This document shows positions 12,114 through 22,264 of a stretch of 64,000 nucleotides of DNA, in pieces. Each line of letters opens with the position of its first letter. The stretch's first letter is position 1. The notes beneath the pieces were generated by a model. The model did no database searches. It saw only the letters and a list, made by a program, of their open reading frames with translations, and was not told the DNA's origin. Source of the stretch: an uncultured Verrucomicrobiae bacterium (GTDB taxonomy: Bacteria; Verrucomicrobiota; Verrucomicrobiia; Chthoniobacterales; Chthoniobacteraceae). The stretch spans positions 32,001 to 96,000 of the forward strand of contig CAWHEP010000003.1 in NCBI GenBank assembly GCA_963828525.1. The letters run 5' to 3'. Position numbers and translations under genes: made by a program.

Positions 12114-13034
12114 CTATTCCCAGCGGCAGAACCAGCCCAGCGCGGACCACGTCTGGAACCATTCCTTGATCAACGGTGGCCAGTCAAGCTGCCGCCTCGA
12201 GTTCAATACAGAATCGCAGGCCGTTTCCAGGCACTTTCCCTCACGGAGCGCATTCAGCATGTGATAGGCTTCCGGCTCCAGACGTTTATAGTAAAGCGCG
12301 TTATCGTATCGTTGGACAGCCACATGAATTTCACCGCGCTTCGGCAGGGACGGTCGTCGACGGCGAGATTTCGTTGGAGTTTCATGGACGGCATTGCTGG
12401 CCACCGATCGAGGAGAATCGCGCTTTTTCACCTCCAGGACAAAATCATCCACCGGATAGTTCAGCTTTAGAAGGCTAAGGTAAGGCTGCAAACCAAGCTG
12501 AAGATGAGCAGGGTCGCTCCCGAGGAGCTCATCCAACTTCAACGCGGGCCGGGCCGCGCCGTCAAAAGCAACAACCTGCGCCCACTCAAACCGAGCCATG
12601 TCTAGGGCCAGGGCTGGACAAGGCTCGCCATATTGCGGTTCTTCAATCAAGAAATTCTCGAGCCGGCTTCCCAGATTACGCAAGGTAAACGACGCGGAAG
12701 GATATCGAACCAGGTATGCGCGCGCGAGACTCAAAAAGCGCTTCTCGCCTAAAAGAGCCAACATTCCCGGATAGTCCTCCTGTAAAGAGCCCAGCAAACG
12801 AAACCAATACTGCCGGTTATATATCTCGAGGCGCTCAAACGAAGTAAGAACTCCGTTTGGCTTGATAAACTCGCTGACGACAGAGGACATGCTCGCGCCA
12901 TCCACCCACGTCGCTTGCATCCGCTCGTCCGCCGAAAGTGGACGAAACAAAGCGCCAGCCATCACCCGCTGTAGCTCGCGCAGCCGCGCTACGGAGTTAA
13001 CCTTAGCTGGAGATACTCTCGGCTTCGAGGGCAT
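12114..13034 (-). CDS. DUF2063-type MNIO partner protein (BufC/HvfC-like)
   Basis: ERLEIYNRQYWFRL...DYPG...DMARFEWA pattern; directly downstream of and overlapping the DUF692 gene. Confidence 0.85.
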   Translation of the reverse strand: MPSKPRVSPAKVNSVARLRELQRVMAGALFRPLSADERMQATWVDGASMSSVVSEFIKPNGVLTSFERLEIYNRQYWFRLLGSLQEDYPGMLALLGEKRFLSLARAYLVRYPSASFTLRNLGSRLENFLIEEPQYGEPCPALALDMARFEWAQVVAFDGAARPALKLDELLGSDPAHLQLGLQPYLSLLKLNYPVDDFVLEVKKRDSPRSVASNAVHETPTKSRRRRPSLPKRGEIHVAVQRYDNALYYKRLEPEAYHMLNALREGKCLETACDSVLNSRRQLDWPPLIKEWFQTWSALGWFCRWE

Positions 13035-13857
13035 TTATAAAGTGATTCGCCTTCAGAGCTTCGTCGTGAACCTCATCAAAGGACGGGATGCTGTCATCCC
13101 ATTCCAGAAGCGTGGCTGTCTGACCAACAAGACGAATAGCATGCGCGTACAATTGCCACACAGGATCGAGGACAGGATGATCGTGCGTATCCAATGTATA
13201 TTTCTCGAACTTGGAGTGCCCCGCGATGTGAATCTGGCCCACTCGATTGTGGGGAACATTATTCAGGTACTCGTATGGATCAAAACCGTGATTCTGCGAG
13301 GAGACATAGATGTTGTTTACGTCCAGAAGAATGCCGCAGTCCGCCGCCTCAACTACTTCGGAGAGGAACTCCCACTCTGTCATCTCGGACGCGTGGAACT
13401 CCGCGTAGCTGCTGACATTTTCCACGCAGACAGGCGTTTCCGTGAAATCGCGAACCTGCTTGATCTTCTCCGCGGTATGCCGGGCAACCGCAGAGGTATA
13501 AGGCATGGGAAGAAGGTCATGTGTGAATCGCCCGTCCACGCTGCCCCAGCAGAGATGGTCGGACAACCACGGCGTCTTCGTGCGTCTCACGAGAGTCTTC
13601 AGCCGTTTCAGATGCTCGCGATCCAGTGGATCGGCGGAGCCAAAATACATGGAGACGCCATGCTGCACGACACGATACTGCTCCAATATCTTATCAAGGA
13701 CTTCAAGCGGACGGCCGCCGTCCACCATGAAGTTTTCGGAGATGATCTCAAACCAGTCGACGACAGGCTTGTTTGCCAGGATGTGCCTGTAGTGCGGCAC
13801 GCGCAGCCCAATGCCAATGCCATAGTCGCTAAAGCCATTGAAAGCATTTGAGGGCAT
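13003..13857 (-). CDS. DUF692 multinuclear non-heme iron oxidative enzyme (MNIO, BufB/HvfB-like)
   Basis: GIGLRVPHY, FEIISENF, HGVSM, SDHLCW, ENVSSY, LLDVNNIYV, QIHIAGH, DTHD, LLEWD motifs. Confidence 0.95.
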   Translation of the reverse strand: MPSNAFNGFSDYGIGIGLRVPHYRHILANKPVVDWFEIISENFMVDGGRPLEVLDKILEQYRVVQHGVSMYFGSADPLDREHLKRLKTLVRRTKTPWLSDHLCWGSVDGRFTHDLLPMPYTSAVARHTAEKIKQVRDFTETPVCVENVSSYAEFHASEMTEWEFLSEVVEAADCGILLDVNNIYVSSQNHGFDPYEYLNNVPHNRVGQIHIAGHSKFEKYTLDTHDHPVLDPVWQLYAHAIRLVGQTATLLEWDDSIPSFDEVHDEALKANHFINALEAESISS

Positions 13858-13926
13858 ACAAAAAGCTGAAAACGGGTGGGCTGCCAACCAGCCGGTCAGC
13901 AACCCACCTGTTGAGGTCAGTAAAGA

Positions 13927-14196
13927 CTAGATCTTGTCGGTCTTGCAGCCGCCCTTGCCTTTGCAATCGTTCTTTCCCTTGCAGCTATTGCTGTCGCTCT
14001 TGCAGCCGCCCTGGCCCTTGCAGTCATTCTTGCCTTTGCAATCGTGCTTGCCCTTGTCTGAGTCATCCATCTTCTGGAGAAGCGACCCGGCCTTCGCGTC
14101 GGGAAGAGTTGTGGCGTGAGCGCGCACCGCGGTGGATCCCGTGAACAAACCGGCCATTGCCGCGCCGATTACCATTGCTTTTGTGGACTTTGTCAT
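13927..14196 (-). CDS. Secreted Cys-rich MNIO precursor peptide (BufA2/bufferin-like)
   Basis: Signal peptide (MTKSTKAMVIGAAMAGLF...AHA) followed by two CKGKNDCKGxGGCK repeats; directly upstream of DUF692. Confidence 0.88.
   Translation of the reverse strand: MTKSTKAMVIGAAMAGLFTGSTAVRAHATTLPDAKAGSLLQKMDDSDKGKHDCKGKNDCKGQGGCKSDSNSCKGKNDCKGKGGCKTDKI
13942..14040. repeat. Intragenic duplication (57-bp period) encoding 2x CKGKNDCKGxGGCK
   Basis: 13942-13983 and 13999-14040 are near-identical apart from mainly synonymous changes. Confidence 0.85.
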
Positions 14197-14360
14197 ATGT
14201 CTGATTCCTGTCTTTGGTTCTGGTTCTGTTTTCTGTGCGCTCTCCCCCACGGCATTACCGAAGAGGAGACGCGCAAAAGCTTACAAAGTGATTATGCGAC
14301 GGCGTTATAGGTAGAGATGCTTCTTGCCGGGATTTATTCCAGCTCTTAAGCGCGGCGTTC

Positions 14361-15353
14361 TCAGTGGTGTCCGCCGTGGCCGCGAGAAAGGAGATAAAAA
14401 ACAAGAAAAACAAGCAGCGGTGTCACAGCCGAAAAAACGACAAGACGCATTCCATGCCAATGACTCATCCATACCTTGGGGGTTTTCAGGTGTTTGTAGC
14501 GCCCGGTTACCTTCACGGAGTCAAGGTCATTCAATTCAGCTTTCATCTCCGTCGCAGACGCATAACGTTTGCGCGGATCGCGCTCCATCGCGTGGAGAAT
14601 GATCTCTTCGAGTTCCGGTGGGATCTTTGGGTTAACCTTCCGTGGCGCGGCTGGATCACCGCTCAGCCGCGCGTTCATGACGAGAAAGGGGTTCTCCCCT
14701 TCAAAGGGAAGAACGCCCGTCGTCATTTCGTATAGCATCGCGCCTAATTCATAGATGTCGGTTTTTTCATCTCCACGCCTTCCTTTTACCAGCTCGGGAG
14801 CCATGTAGTCAGGAGTTCCCATCGGAGGGGAGAAGCCGACGAAAGTTACGCGCCTCATCTCGGCGGCTTTGGCTATGCCGAAGTCCATGACGCGCAAACT
14901 GCCATCGCTGCAGATCATGATATTCTGGGGTTTTAGATCGCGGTGAATGACCCCATGCTTGTGCATGTATTCGAGAGCATCGCAAATACGCGCACAGATC
15001 TGCACGGAGTCAGCGACCGGGAGTGGGCGTACCTTTGCGAGAACCTGCGCGAGAGTCTGCCCGTCGAGGTATTCGGTGACAATGTAGGGCCGGCTTTTCT
15101 TCCCCTCTACTTTTATAAAGCGGAGGATATGGGGGTGCTTGTCCAACTCATAGCCGATGTCCGCCTCGCGCTCGAATCGGAAAAAAAAGGCCGGGTCCGA
15201 CTCGAATTGCAACAATGGCACCTTCAATGCCACCTTCTCGTTGGTCTTCAAATCAGTGGCCTGATAGATCGACCCCATTCCGCTGCGGTTTATCACGTCG
15301 ATGATCTTGAAGCGGCCATCGATCTCGTCTCCTGCCTTCAACTCGTGGCTCAT
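14361..15353 (-). CDS. Hanks-type Ser/Thr protein kinase with C-terminal TM anchor
   Basis: VALK, HRDLKPQN, DFG, GTPDYMAPE; hydrophobic C-terminus. Confidence 0.95.
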   Translation of the reverse strand: MSHELKAGDEIDGRFKIIDVINRSGMGSIYQATDLKTNEKVALKVPLLQFESDPAFFFRFEREADIGYELDKHPHILRFIKVEGKKSRPYIVTEYLDGQTLAQVLAKVRPLPVADSVQICARICDALEYMHKHGVIHRDLKPQNIMICSDGSLRVMDFGIAKAAEMRRVTFVGFSPPMGTPDYMAPELVKGRRGDEKTDIYELGAMLYEMTTGVLPFEGENPFLVMNARLSGDPAAPRKVNPKIPPELEEIILHAMERDPRKRYASATEMKAELNDLDSVKVTGRYKHLKTPKVWMSHWHGMRLVVFSAVTPLLVFLVFYLLSRGHGGHH

Positions 15354-15383
15354 CTACGCGTGTCCCCTTGTCACAAGATCCTT

Positions 15384-16382
15384 TTATCGGGTCTGCGGCA
15401 GGCGGTCAACGCGCCGTTTCGGATGATCCTGAACCCGCAGCAACTTCTCGAACTGCTTCGAGACGTTCGCGTAAAAAGGATATGGGCGATCCGCGTCCGC
15501 GGGCCGGTACCGCCAATGCTTGTAAGACCAAATCCAAAGCTCCGGATTTTGCTTGATGATGCCTTCGAAGAAGTTCCAGCACGTTTGCGCAATCTCCTTG
15601 CGCGAGGAATCCGGGCGGATTTGGAGAGGCTTGTGAAACGTCACGCGCGAAGTGCCGTCCGGGAGCGAACGGCTATCCACTGGGATCAGTCGGGCCCCCG
15701 CGCGTTCGGCCAGAAGGCAATGGAGGAACGTGACGCACATTTTCATTCCCAAGGTGTCGATGACGACGCTGGGCTGCGAAGGTTTGAGGTTGAGATCTAT
15801 CAGCAATCCGGCAAGACCGCCTTTCAAGGTGTGCTTGAGCAGGCGAACCGCGGAGGCTTCCTGAGGGATCATTTTTTGTCCAGATGAACTGCGCAAGTCG
15901 CTGAATACTCTGTTCAGGAGCGGATTCTTGAAAGATTGCGTGACGACCATCGCCGGTGAAACAAATCCGATCGCGATACTTGACCACTCGAAAGCTCCAG
16001 CGTGCGCGCAAATGAATACGGCGCCCTCCCCCCGCTCTACCATCTCTCTTGCGATCCCTTCGTTCTCCACGTGGATGAAACGGCGATAATTGTCCGCCGT
16101 CATCCGCGGCGCCCAGAAAAGGTCGATCATCGTGCGCGCAAACCCCTGATAAGACTTGCAGGCGATCACCTCGCGCTGGGAGGCCGTGTACTGTTCACCG
16201 AACGCCGTTTCGATATTCGCGACCGATACTTTTCGCCCCTCGCGGTCGAGACGATAGATGAGGGCGCCCAATAGGTCGGCGAGACGAACGCAGAACATCC
16301 TCGAGAATCGGGGCACGATCCACGAGAGAGCCAGACAACCCGAGTATTCGGCGAGACGCCGGATATGTTTCAGTCGTTCCAC
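15384..16382 (-). CDS. Lipid A lauroyl/lysophospholipid acyltransferase family protein
   Basis: HAGAFE (H-x4-E), LLIDL, PELWIWSYKHWR C-terminal motif. Confidence 0.85.
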   Translation of the reverse strand: MERLKHIRRLAEYSGCLALSWIVPRFSRMFCVRLADLLGALIYRLDREGRKVSVANIETAFGEQYTASQREVIACKSYQGFARTMIDLFWAPRMTADNYRRFIHVENEGIAREMVERGEGAVFICAHAGAFEWSSIAIGFVSPAMVVTQSFKNPLLNRVFSDLRSSSGQKMIPQEASAVRLLKHTLKGGLAGLLIDLNLKPSQPSVVIDTLGMKMCVTFLHCLLAERAGARLIPVDSRSLPDGTSRVTFHKPLQIRPDSSRKEIAQTCWNFFEGIIKQNPELWIWSYKHWRYRPADADRPYPFYANVSKQFEKLLRVQDHPKRRVDRLPQTR

Positions 16383-16411
16383 AATCCGTTGCTTGATGCG
16401 ATCCGGGTCTG

Positions 16412-17017
16412 TCAGTTGCCAGTAGCCGGCTTGCTCGGAGGAACGGTGACAAGACTGGGGATGGACGCGTCGACGATCTGCACGCGCGCGCCGATCCCCA
16501 CGGTATTATAGAGCGCGATGACATCCCTGGATCGCATGCGAATGCAGCCGAAACTCGCCGGGGTGCCAATCCGCGATTCCTCAACAGTGCCATGGATGTA
16601 GATGTCGCGGTCGAACGCGTGTTGATTTTGTGGTTCAAGGCCTCTCAACCACAGGATGCGGCTTACAATGGGATCCCTTCCCGGCGAGTCAGGGGGCAGC
16701 ACTTCCCCGGTCCAACGGCGGTCTTTGAAAACGGATCCGCTCGCTGCGTCCCCGCCGATCTTCCGCGCAACTTCCAGATTGCCCAGCGGCGTGCCGCGGC
16801 TTCCGGGGACGTCACCCAGACAGAACTTTGACGTGGAGACCAGATACTGGGCTATAGGCGTTCCGTTGTCGTACACGATCATCGTCTGATCCGGGACGCT
16901 GATAATGATCTTGTGCTCACGATCTTGACTCACACAGGCGCTCAACGTCAATCCGAGCAACAGCAGGGTTCCTTGAAAGCGTCTCTTAGGCATCGGGAAT
17001 CGTAATCTGCTGAACAT
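16412..17017 (-). CDS. L,D-transpeptidase (YkuD) lipoprotein
   Basis: Lipobox LSAC; IYIHGT...SFGCIRM catalytic motif; start may be 16993. Confidence 0.9.
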   Translation of the reverse strand: MFSRLRFPMPKRRFQGTLLLLGLTLSACVSQDREHKIIISVPDQTMIVYDNGTPIAQYLVSTSKFCLGDVPGSRGTPLGNLEVARKIGGDAASGSVFKDRRWTGEVLPPDSPGRDPIVSRILWLRGLEPQNQHAFDRDIYIHGTVEESRIGTPASFGCIRMRSRDVIALYNTVGIGARVQIVDASIPSLVTVPPSKPATGN

Positions 17018-17018
17018 A

Positions 17019-17489
17019 GTGGCTATCTATAAACTCACGCGGAAGCAGGTTGTTCGTGGCAGTCTTGCCGATTGTTGGGCGTTCTTCAGCGATCCCCGGA
17101 ACCTGGCTAAAATTACTCCGGCCTCGCTGGATTTTACCATTGTTTCCGTAACACCGGAGAACATTTATCCCGGTTTAATGATTGAATATCGAGTTCGTCC
17201 TCTTCTCGGAATTGCTCAGAGCTGGCTCTCGGAGATAACGCATGTGGATGCTCCTCGTTACTTCGTGGACGAACAGCGGGTGGGGCCTTACCAAGTGTGG
17301 CACCATCAACATTTCTTCCGGGAAGTGGATGGCGGGAGCGTAGAAACAGTTGACCTGATCCACTACTCTCTCCCATTCGGAAAGATTGGCCACGCCGTGA
17401 ACACCCTCCTGGTCGCGCCGCAATTGAAGCGAATTTTCGATCACCGCGAGATAACTGTTGCCGCTTTATTTAACGCGGAAAGTCGCTGA
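17019..17489 (+). CDS. SRPBCC family protein
   Basis: FFSDPRNLAKITP, FVDEQRVGPY-WHHQH, IFDHR motifs. Confidence 0.88.
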   Translation: MAIYKLTRKQVVRGSLADCWAFFSDPRNLAKITPASLDFTIVSVTPENIYPGLMIEYRVRPLLGIAQSWLSEITHVDAPRYFVDEQRVGPYQVWHHQHFFREVDGGSVETVDLIHYSLPFGKIGHAVNTLLVAPQLKRIFDHREITVAALFNAESR

Positions 17490-17495
17490 TCATTT

Positions 17496-19043
17496 TCATT
17501 TGTCGGGGGTCAGCACAAATTCGCCGCAGTCGAATGACATCATATTCGCGACGTTGTCAGCCTTAAATTCTTCAACAACGGCCCCGTCGCCTTGGAAGAA
17601 GGTGAGCGACTTGCCGGACGAATCCAGCCGGCCGACAGCCCACCGCAGAGCTGGCGCCTCCGTGAGGCGCCTGAGTGGCAAGCCATCTGGGAGCCGCATG
17701 ACAGTGCCGCGTCCGTCCACGCTCAGTTGAACCGAAATCGTCGTAGCCTGATCCGCAAGAAGCGGATTCGGAGGGAGTGAGAGCTTCATCGTCTCGTCTG
17801 GCTTGAACGCGACTCCGGCGGCATCACTCAATTTGTTTCTGACACCGATGAACTCGTCGCTGAAAAATATCTCCTTTGCGAGCGTCACCTTCCATTTTGA
17901 AACGATCTCTCCTCCCGCATTGGCGGGAGGCTCACTGCCCGTCAGTTGGAGGGCGCGGGCGCGCTGTTCCGTCTCGTTTTCCTCCAGGAGAAAGACGGTA
18001 TCGGAATTCCCCGCCGCCGCCACGCGAATAGGCGCGGGTTCTTCAGGGACGACGGCCAGCCGTCGCTGGAACGCGCCATCGAGCGCGTACTCCCTGACTT
18101 CGCTTGACGAATGCGTCCGCGCTATCGTCCAAACCGCTCCGGTCGCAGTCACGCAGAGATCGATGGCATTGACTCCCGCGCCCAACTCGATCGCTTTCCA
18201 TCCATCCCCGCGCTTCACCAGCAGCGCGCCCCGAGAGAGGATCGCCGAACTGCCGGGAGCTTCCGATATTGCGGAAATCGGGCGTCCGGCATCCTCAGTA
18301 GCTTGCAAAGCGCGATCCGGAAGACTGAAGCGCCTGATGGTTGGGCCCGCCACTACCGCAACGTAGTTGTCACCCGCGGATAAAGCGGCAATGCCGTCGA
18401 AGGAACCTTGCCAGGTCGACTCACCGCCACTGCTGAGATCATAAACCATCAATCCCTTACCGCCTCCCGCGAATACCGTTTTCTGATTCACAGCCAAGGC
18501 GTCCCCGGTAATGTCTGCCGGCAAGGCCTTGCACCACATTATCTTCCCCGCGGCGTCACATCGGAAAAGGAAATTGCCGCTCACGCCCTTTGCAGTTGCC
18601 ACGAGTCCGCCGCTCGCGGGAGCGCGAATCTCCCGGATGCGCGCAATCCGGCAGGACGTCTCTTCGGACACCCAGTCATTGCATCGAAAAGCTTCTCCTT
18701 CCACGGTCGCATCCGCGACCATGTAGCCGCGCGCAGAGTATTTTCCCTCAGGCGCGCGGGCGCCTTCGTCGTCCTTGCCGTCCCATGATGTGATGAGTCC
18801 GTTCAGGCCTGTTTTGAAATCCGCCACCGGCATCTCCACGCAGAGCGTTCTGATCAGCTTTCCTTTCGATTCGTAGATCCCCAGGCTGATTTTTCCGTCG
18901 ATGGGCGGCGGCACGAATTCGAGTCGAACCCCGCTCTCCTTGGCAGCGCTCGCTGGCGTTGTCTGGGCAGGAGCCAGCGCGCTCAGCGCGAGGAACAACC
19001 CGAAAGCTCCGAGGGGGATGCGGGGCCGCGTCTTATCAGGCAT
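17496..19043 (-). CDS. Exported hypothetical protein with N-terminal FlgD-Ig-like domain and beta-rich body
   Basis: Signal peptide; SLGIYESKGKLIRTL...WDGKDDEG...GKY pattern. Confidence 0.7.
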   Translation of the reverse strand: MPDKTRPRIPLGAFGLFLALSALAPAQTTPASAAKESGVRLEFVPPPIDGKISLGIYESKGKLIRTLCVEMPVADFKTGLNGLITSWDGKDDEGARAPEGKYSARGYMVADATVEGEAFRCNDWVSEETSCRIARIREIRAPASGGLVATAKGVSGNFLFRCDAAGKIMWCKALPADITGDALAVNQKTVFAGGGKGLMVYDLSSGGESTWQGSFDGIAALSAGDNYVAVVAGPTIRRFSLPDRALQATEDAGRPISAISEAPGSSAILSRGALLVKRGDGWKAIELGAGVNAIDLCVTATGAVWTIARTHSSSEVREYALDGAFQRRLAVVPEEPAPIRVAAAGNSDTVFLLEENETEQRARALQLTGSEPPANAGGEIVSKWKVTLAKEIFFSDEFIGVRNKLSDAAGVAFKPDETMKLSLPPNPLLADQATTISVQLSVDGRGTVMRLPDGLPLRRLTEAPALRWAVGRLDSSGKSLTFFQGDGAVVEEFKADNVANMMSFDCGEFVLTPDK

Positions 19044-20620
19044 AGTACCGCCAGTTCAGATTCGGGAAGATGTTGTCCCGCCACTCACAGTTCCGCAGAA
19101 ATTCGTCGTCCGCCTGACCCCGGCTAAGCTGATCGTAAAGGCGCGTAAACCGAAGAATATGATCCTTTGTTCGCTTGGTGGCATAGGCCGAGGCTGTCCC
19201 CGTCTTCATGAGAAACGCCCAGTCGCTGGATTGCGCGAGCAGAAGTTCACGCGCGAGTTGCTTTAGCAGCCGGTCCCGCTCAGGCGACACCTCTCCGGGA
19301 TGCGCTCGCGCAACCTCCGTCATGCGTCTGGCCGCAGTGTGCAGATGAGGATAAATCCAGGAGTTACTCTCATCCAGCCAGACTTCCCAATACCCCTTAT
19401 GCCCCCAACTGGACGCGGAAGGAACGATCATTTGCAAGGTGGGGTGCTGTTCCAGGTACCGGCTCGGAGTTGTCATCTGAAACTCATCCTGGTCGTAAGC
19501 CGATTTTCGGATGAACAGGTTGAGGAATTCCGGCCCTTCGAACCACCAGTGTCCAAATAGTTCCGCGTCGAAAGGGCTGACAACTATAGGATCGATGCTC
19601 GCCGTCTGTCGCAGATGTTCGATTTGACGCGCGCGGTTCCACATGAAGTTCCCCGCGTGGGCATCAGCCGCTCCCATGGCCCAGCCCCGATTATACAGGG
19701 CCTTGTCGCGCGTTCTGCCTGTGATCCGGTGGTACTTCACACCAGTGAACTTCCGGCTCCCATCCTTTGGAAGAAACGGTTTCAGGTATTGGTGGGAAAG
19801 ATCGAAGCCAATGTCCCGGTAGAAGTCCCGATACGCGGGATCTCCGGGATAACCTTCCTCCGCGCTCCAGACCTGCCGGCTGGAATCACGGTCTCGGGCA
19901 AACACAGCAGGCCCGCTGGGTGTGAAACAGGGCGCGTAGATGGCAAATCGGGGACGCGGATTGCCAAACATCAAGCCATGAGAATCCAGAATGAACCATC
20001 GAATGTTCGCTTCCCGCAGAACATCCTCCACGCCCGCCACATAGCCGCATTCGGGGAGCCAGATCCCCGCCGGTTCTGATCCAAAACACTCCCGGTGATA
20101 ATCCCTGGCAATGAAGATTTGCGCCCTTACGGCTTCCGGGAAATTCTGCATCAGCGGGAGAAATCCATGTGTCGCCGCGCATGTGATGATTTCGAGCACT
20201 CCCGCAGTTTGCAAACCCGCGAATACGGAAATCAGGTCACGCTTCCACACGTCCACGTATAGGCGGCGACACTCCCTGAAGCGCTCAAGATACATTCGCG
20301 CGACTTCGTTCATGGGCGGCTCATCCGTCGTCCGCTGACATTCACTCTCCGCCAGTGTGATCGCCCGCTCGATGTAGCGGATGTAGCGTTCCTGTAATAG
20401 AGAGTCTCGCAGCATCGATACCAGCGGCGGCGTGAGCGACATCGTCACCTTGAAGGGCACCCCGTCATTGACCATGCGATCAAAGATTGCCAGCAGGGGC
20501 AGATACGTTTCTGTAATGGCCTCGTACAGCCAATCCTCCTCTAAAAATTCCTCGGTACTCGGGATGCCGCACGTAAGGAAGATGCGCATGGAGCAGGAGA
20601 GCTAGATACCCCGTGGACAT
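19036..20620 (-). CDS. GH57 (DUF1957) 1,4-alpha-glucan branching enzyme, +1 frameshift at about 20554
   Basis: True N-terminus MSTGYLALLLHAHLPYVRHPEY joins EEFLEEDWLYEAITETY after removing one base; WLPEC, FDAELFGHWW, QSSDWAF motifs. Confidence 0.92.
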
Positions 20621-20769
20621 GGAGGTAGAAGGTGTATTCCGGATAGTGGCTTGTCCAGAGCAACCGTCAGAAAGAAAACCCTGTTAAACAGCTACGTCCG
20701 GTTGTTTTCTGAAGGCCGATGATATTGGTGCAGCCAGCAATGATTGCAGGCTCAAACCGAAAACATAAT

Positions 20770-21288
20770 ATGAAAAAACTTACTTTCGCCACACTCACCC
20801 TCCTTGCCGCGATTGGCCTGCCTCAAGCTGGCTTTGCAGGAGAGCCCAAGCCCCTTAGCAGCAAAGACATGATGTTCATGAAGAAGGCAGCCGCTGGCGG
20901 GATGTTCGAGGTTCAGGCTGGAGAATGCGCGCAGAAAATGGGTATGAGCGACGATGTCAAGACGATGGGCGAGCATCTCGTAAAGGACCACTCGGAAGCA
21001 AACACACAGCTCATGAGCCTGGCAAAGTCGAAGAGCGTGGAGCTTCCCACAAAGCCTTCCAAAATGGAGCGGTCCGAGCTTGAAACCTTGAAGATGGCCA
21101 AGGGCGCGGATTTCGACAAGCAGTTTGCCGCCATCATGGTCAAGGATCACAACGAAGACATCGCTGATTTCCAAAAGGAGAGTGAGATGACAAAGGATGC
21201 GGATCTAAAGGAGTTTGTGGACAAGACCGTTCCTGTGCTGAAGATGCATCTTCAGATGGCGGAGAAAGCAAGCGGCGCCTCGAAGTAG
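20770..21288 (+). CDS. DUF4142 secreted ferritin-like protein
   Basis: Signal peptide; GGMFEV, VKDH, FDKQF...KDH, HLQMA pattern. Confidence 0.88.
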   Translation: MKKLTFATLTLLAAIGLPQAGFAGEPKPLSSKDMMFMKKAAAGGMFEVQAGECAQKMGMSDDVKTMGEHLVKDHSEANTQLMSLAKSKSVELPTKPSKMERSELETLKMAKGADFDKQFAAIMVKDHNEDIADFQKESEMTKDADLKEFVDKTVPVLKMHLQMAEKASGASK

Positions 21289-21309
21289 CTAAGCCATTCG
21301 TGGTTTTGA

Positions 21310-21343
21310 CGGGCGCGATCTTTGGATCGCGCCCGCTTTGTTT
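21310..21343 (+). terminator. Intrinsic terminator hairpin between convergent genes
   Basis: CGGGCGCGATC-TTTG-GATCGCGCCCG followed by CTTTGTTT. Confidence 0.75.
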
Positions 21344-21358
21344 ACGATCGACGCGGTG

Positions 21359-22246
21359 TTACGAGTGAGGGTTCGCGAACTGCCGGTTTACGTAGGCCCG
21401 CACGGCTTCCTGCCATAAACGAGGCTCTCTACCAAGCAGCTTTGCGAGCTTGGCTGTTGACATGACGCTGTTCACAGGCCGTTTTGCGACGAACGCAAGC
21501 AACTCTGCCATCTTCAGTGGCTCCACATGTTCCGTCTTCAACCTGACCCCGGCATCCTTAGCGCACGCGAGGGCAAACTGCCCATACTCCTGCCAGGTAC
21601 ATCTTCCGTCATTACATATGTGGAGCGTTCCCGCTTCGGGGAGATCGCGCAGCATAGGGAGAAGATACTCCGCTATGTCCAACGTGTACCAGGGGACCGC
21701 CCATTTGTCACCGATGGCTTCCACGCGCTCTTCAATCATGGCCCGCTTTATGATGCCATCGACGAAACTGGCCCGGTCGGGTCCGAACACCCAGGACACC
21801 CGGACGCAGAGGTGTCTTGCGGAAACGGCGCGCAACTGTTCCTCGCCCGCAAGTTTTGAGCGCCCGTAGATGCTAATGGGAATCGCGGGATCAATTTCGC
21901 TGTATGAGGTTTGTTTTTGACCATCAAAAACGTAGTCTGTGCTGATGTGGATCATGCGGGCATTGTTCCTCTCGCACGCCTCGGCCATATCTCTCACCGC
22001 GAACGCGTTGATCCTCATTGCTTCAGACTCATGCGTCTCGCAGTAATCCACGTTGGTGAGCGCGGCGCAGTTGATCAATACGTCAAATTCCAGCTGCGCC
22101 AGGCTCTGGTGGATGGCCTCGCTCGATTCCAAATTGAGCCGCGCGCGATTGAAGCCTGTGACATCGCACGTTGCACCGAATTCACGCGCCAGAGCAGCTC
22201 CCAACCGGCCTCCGCTTCCGACGACAACAACGCCAAGTTTGCTCAT
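21359..22246 (-). CDS. rfbD: dTDP-4-dehydrorhamnose reductase
   Basis: GSGGRLG, NCAALTNVD, ISTDYVFDG, YGRSK. Confidence 0.93.
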   Translation of the reverse strand: MSKLGVVVVGSGGRLGAALAREFGATCDVTGFNRARLNLESSEAIHQSLAQLEFDVLINCAALTNVDYCETHESEAMRINAFAVRDMAEACERNNARMIHISTDYVFDGQKQTSYSEIDPAIPISIYGRSKLAGEEQLRAVSARHLCVRVSWVFGPDRASFVDGIIKRAMIEERVEAIGDKWAVPWYTLDIAEYLLPMLRDLPEAGTLHICNDGRCTWQEYGQFALACAKDAGVRLKTEHVEPLKMAELLAFVAKRPVNSVMSTAKLAKLLGREPRLWQEAVRAYVNRQFANPHS

Positions 22247-22264
22247 GCTTCGACGCCCGGCGTC

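Noticed and set aside
12862..13851. 329-aa plus-strand ORF
   Set aside because: Antisense shadow of the DUF692 gene with no recognisable motifs.
13942..14040. Short repeats as a CRISPR array
   Set aside because: They are in-frame coding repeats of the precursor peptide. No spacer-repeat array or cas genes were seen anywhere in the window.
20647..20662. GG-N10-GC sigma54-like site upstream of the DUF4142 gene
   Set aside because: The -12 element (AGAGC) is a poor match and this is likely chance in GC-rich DNA.
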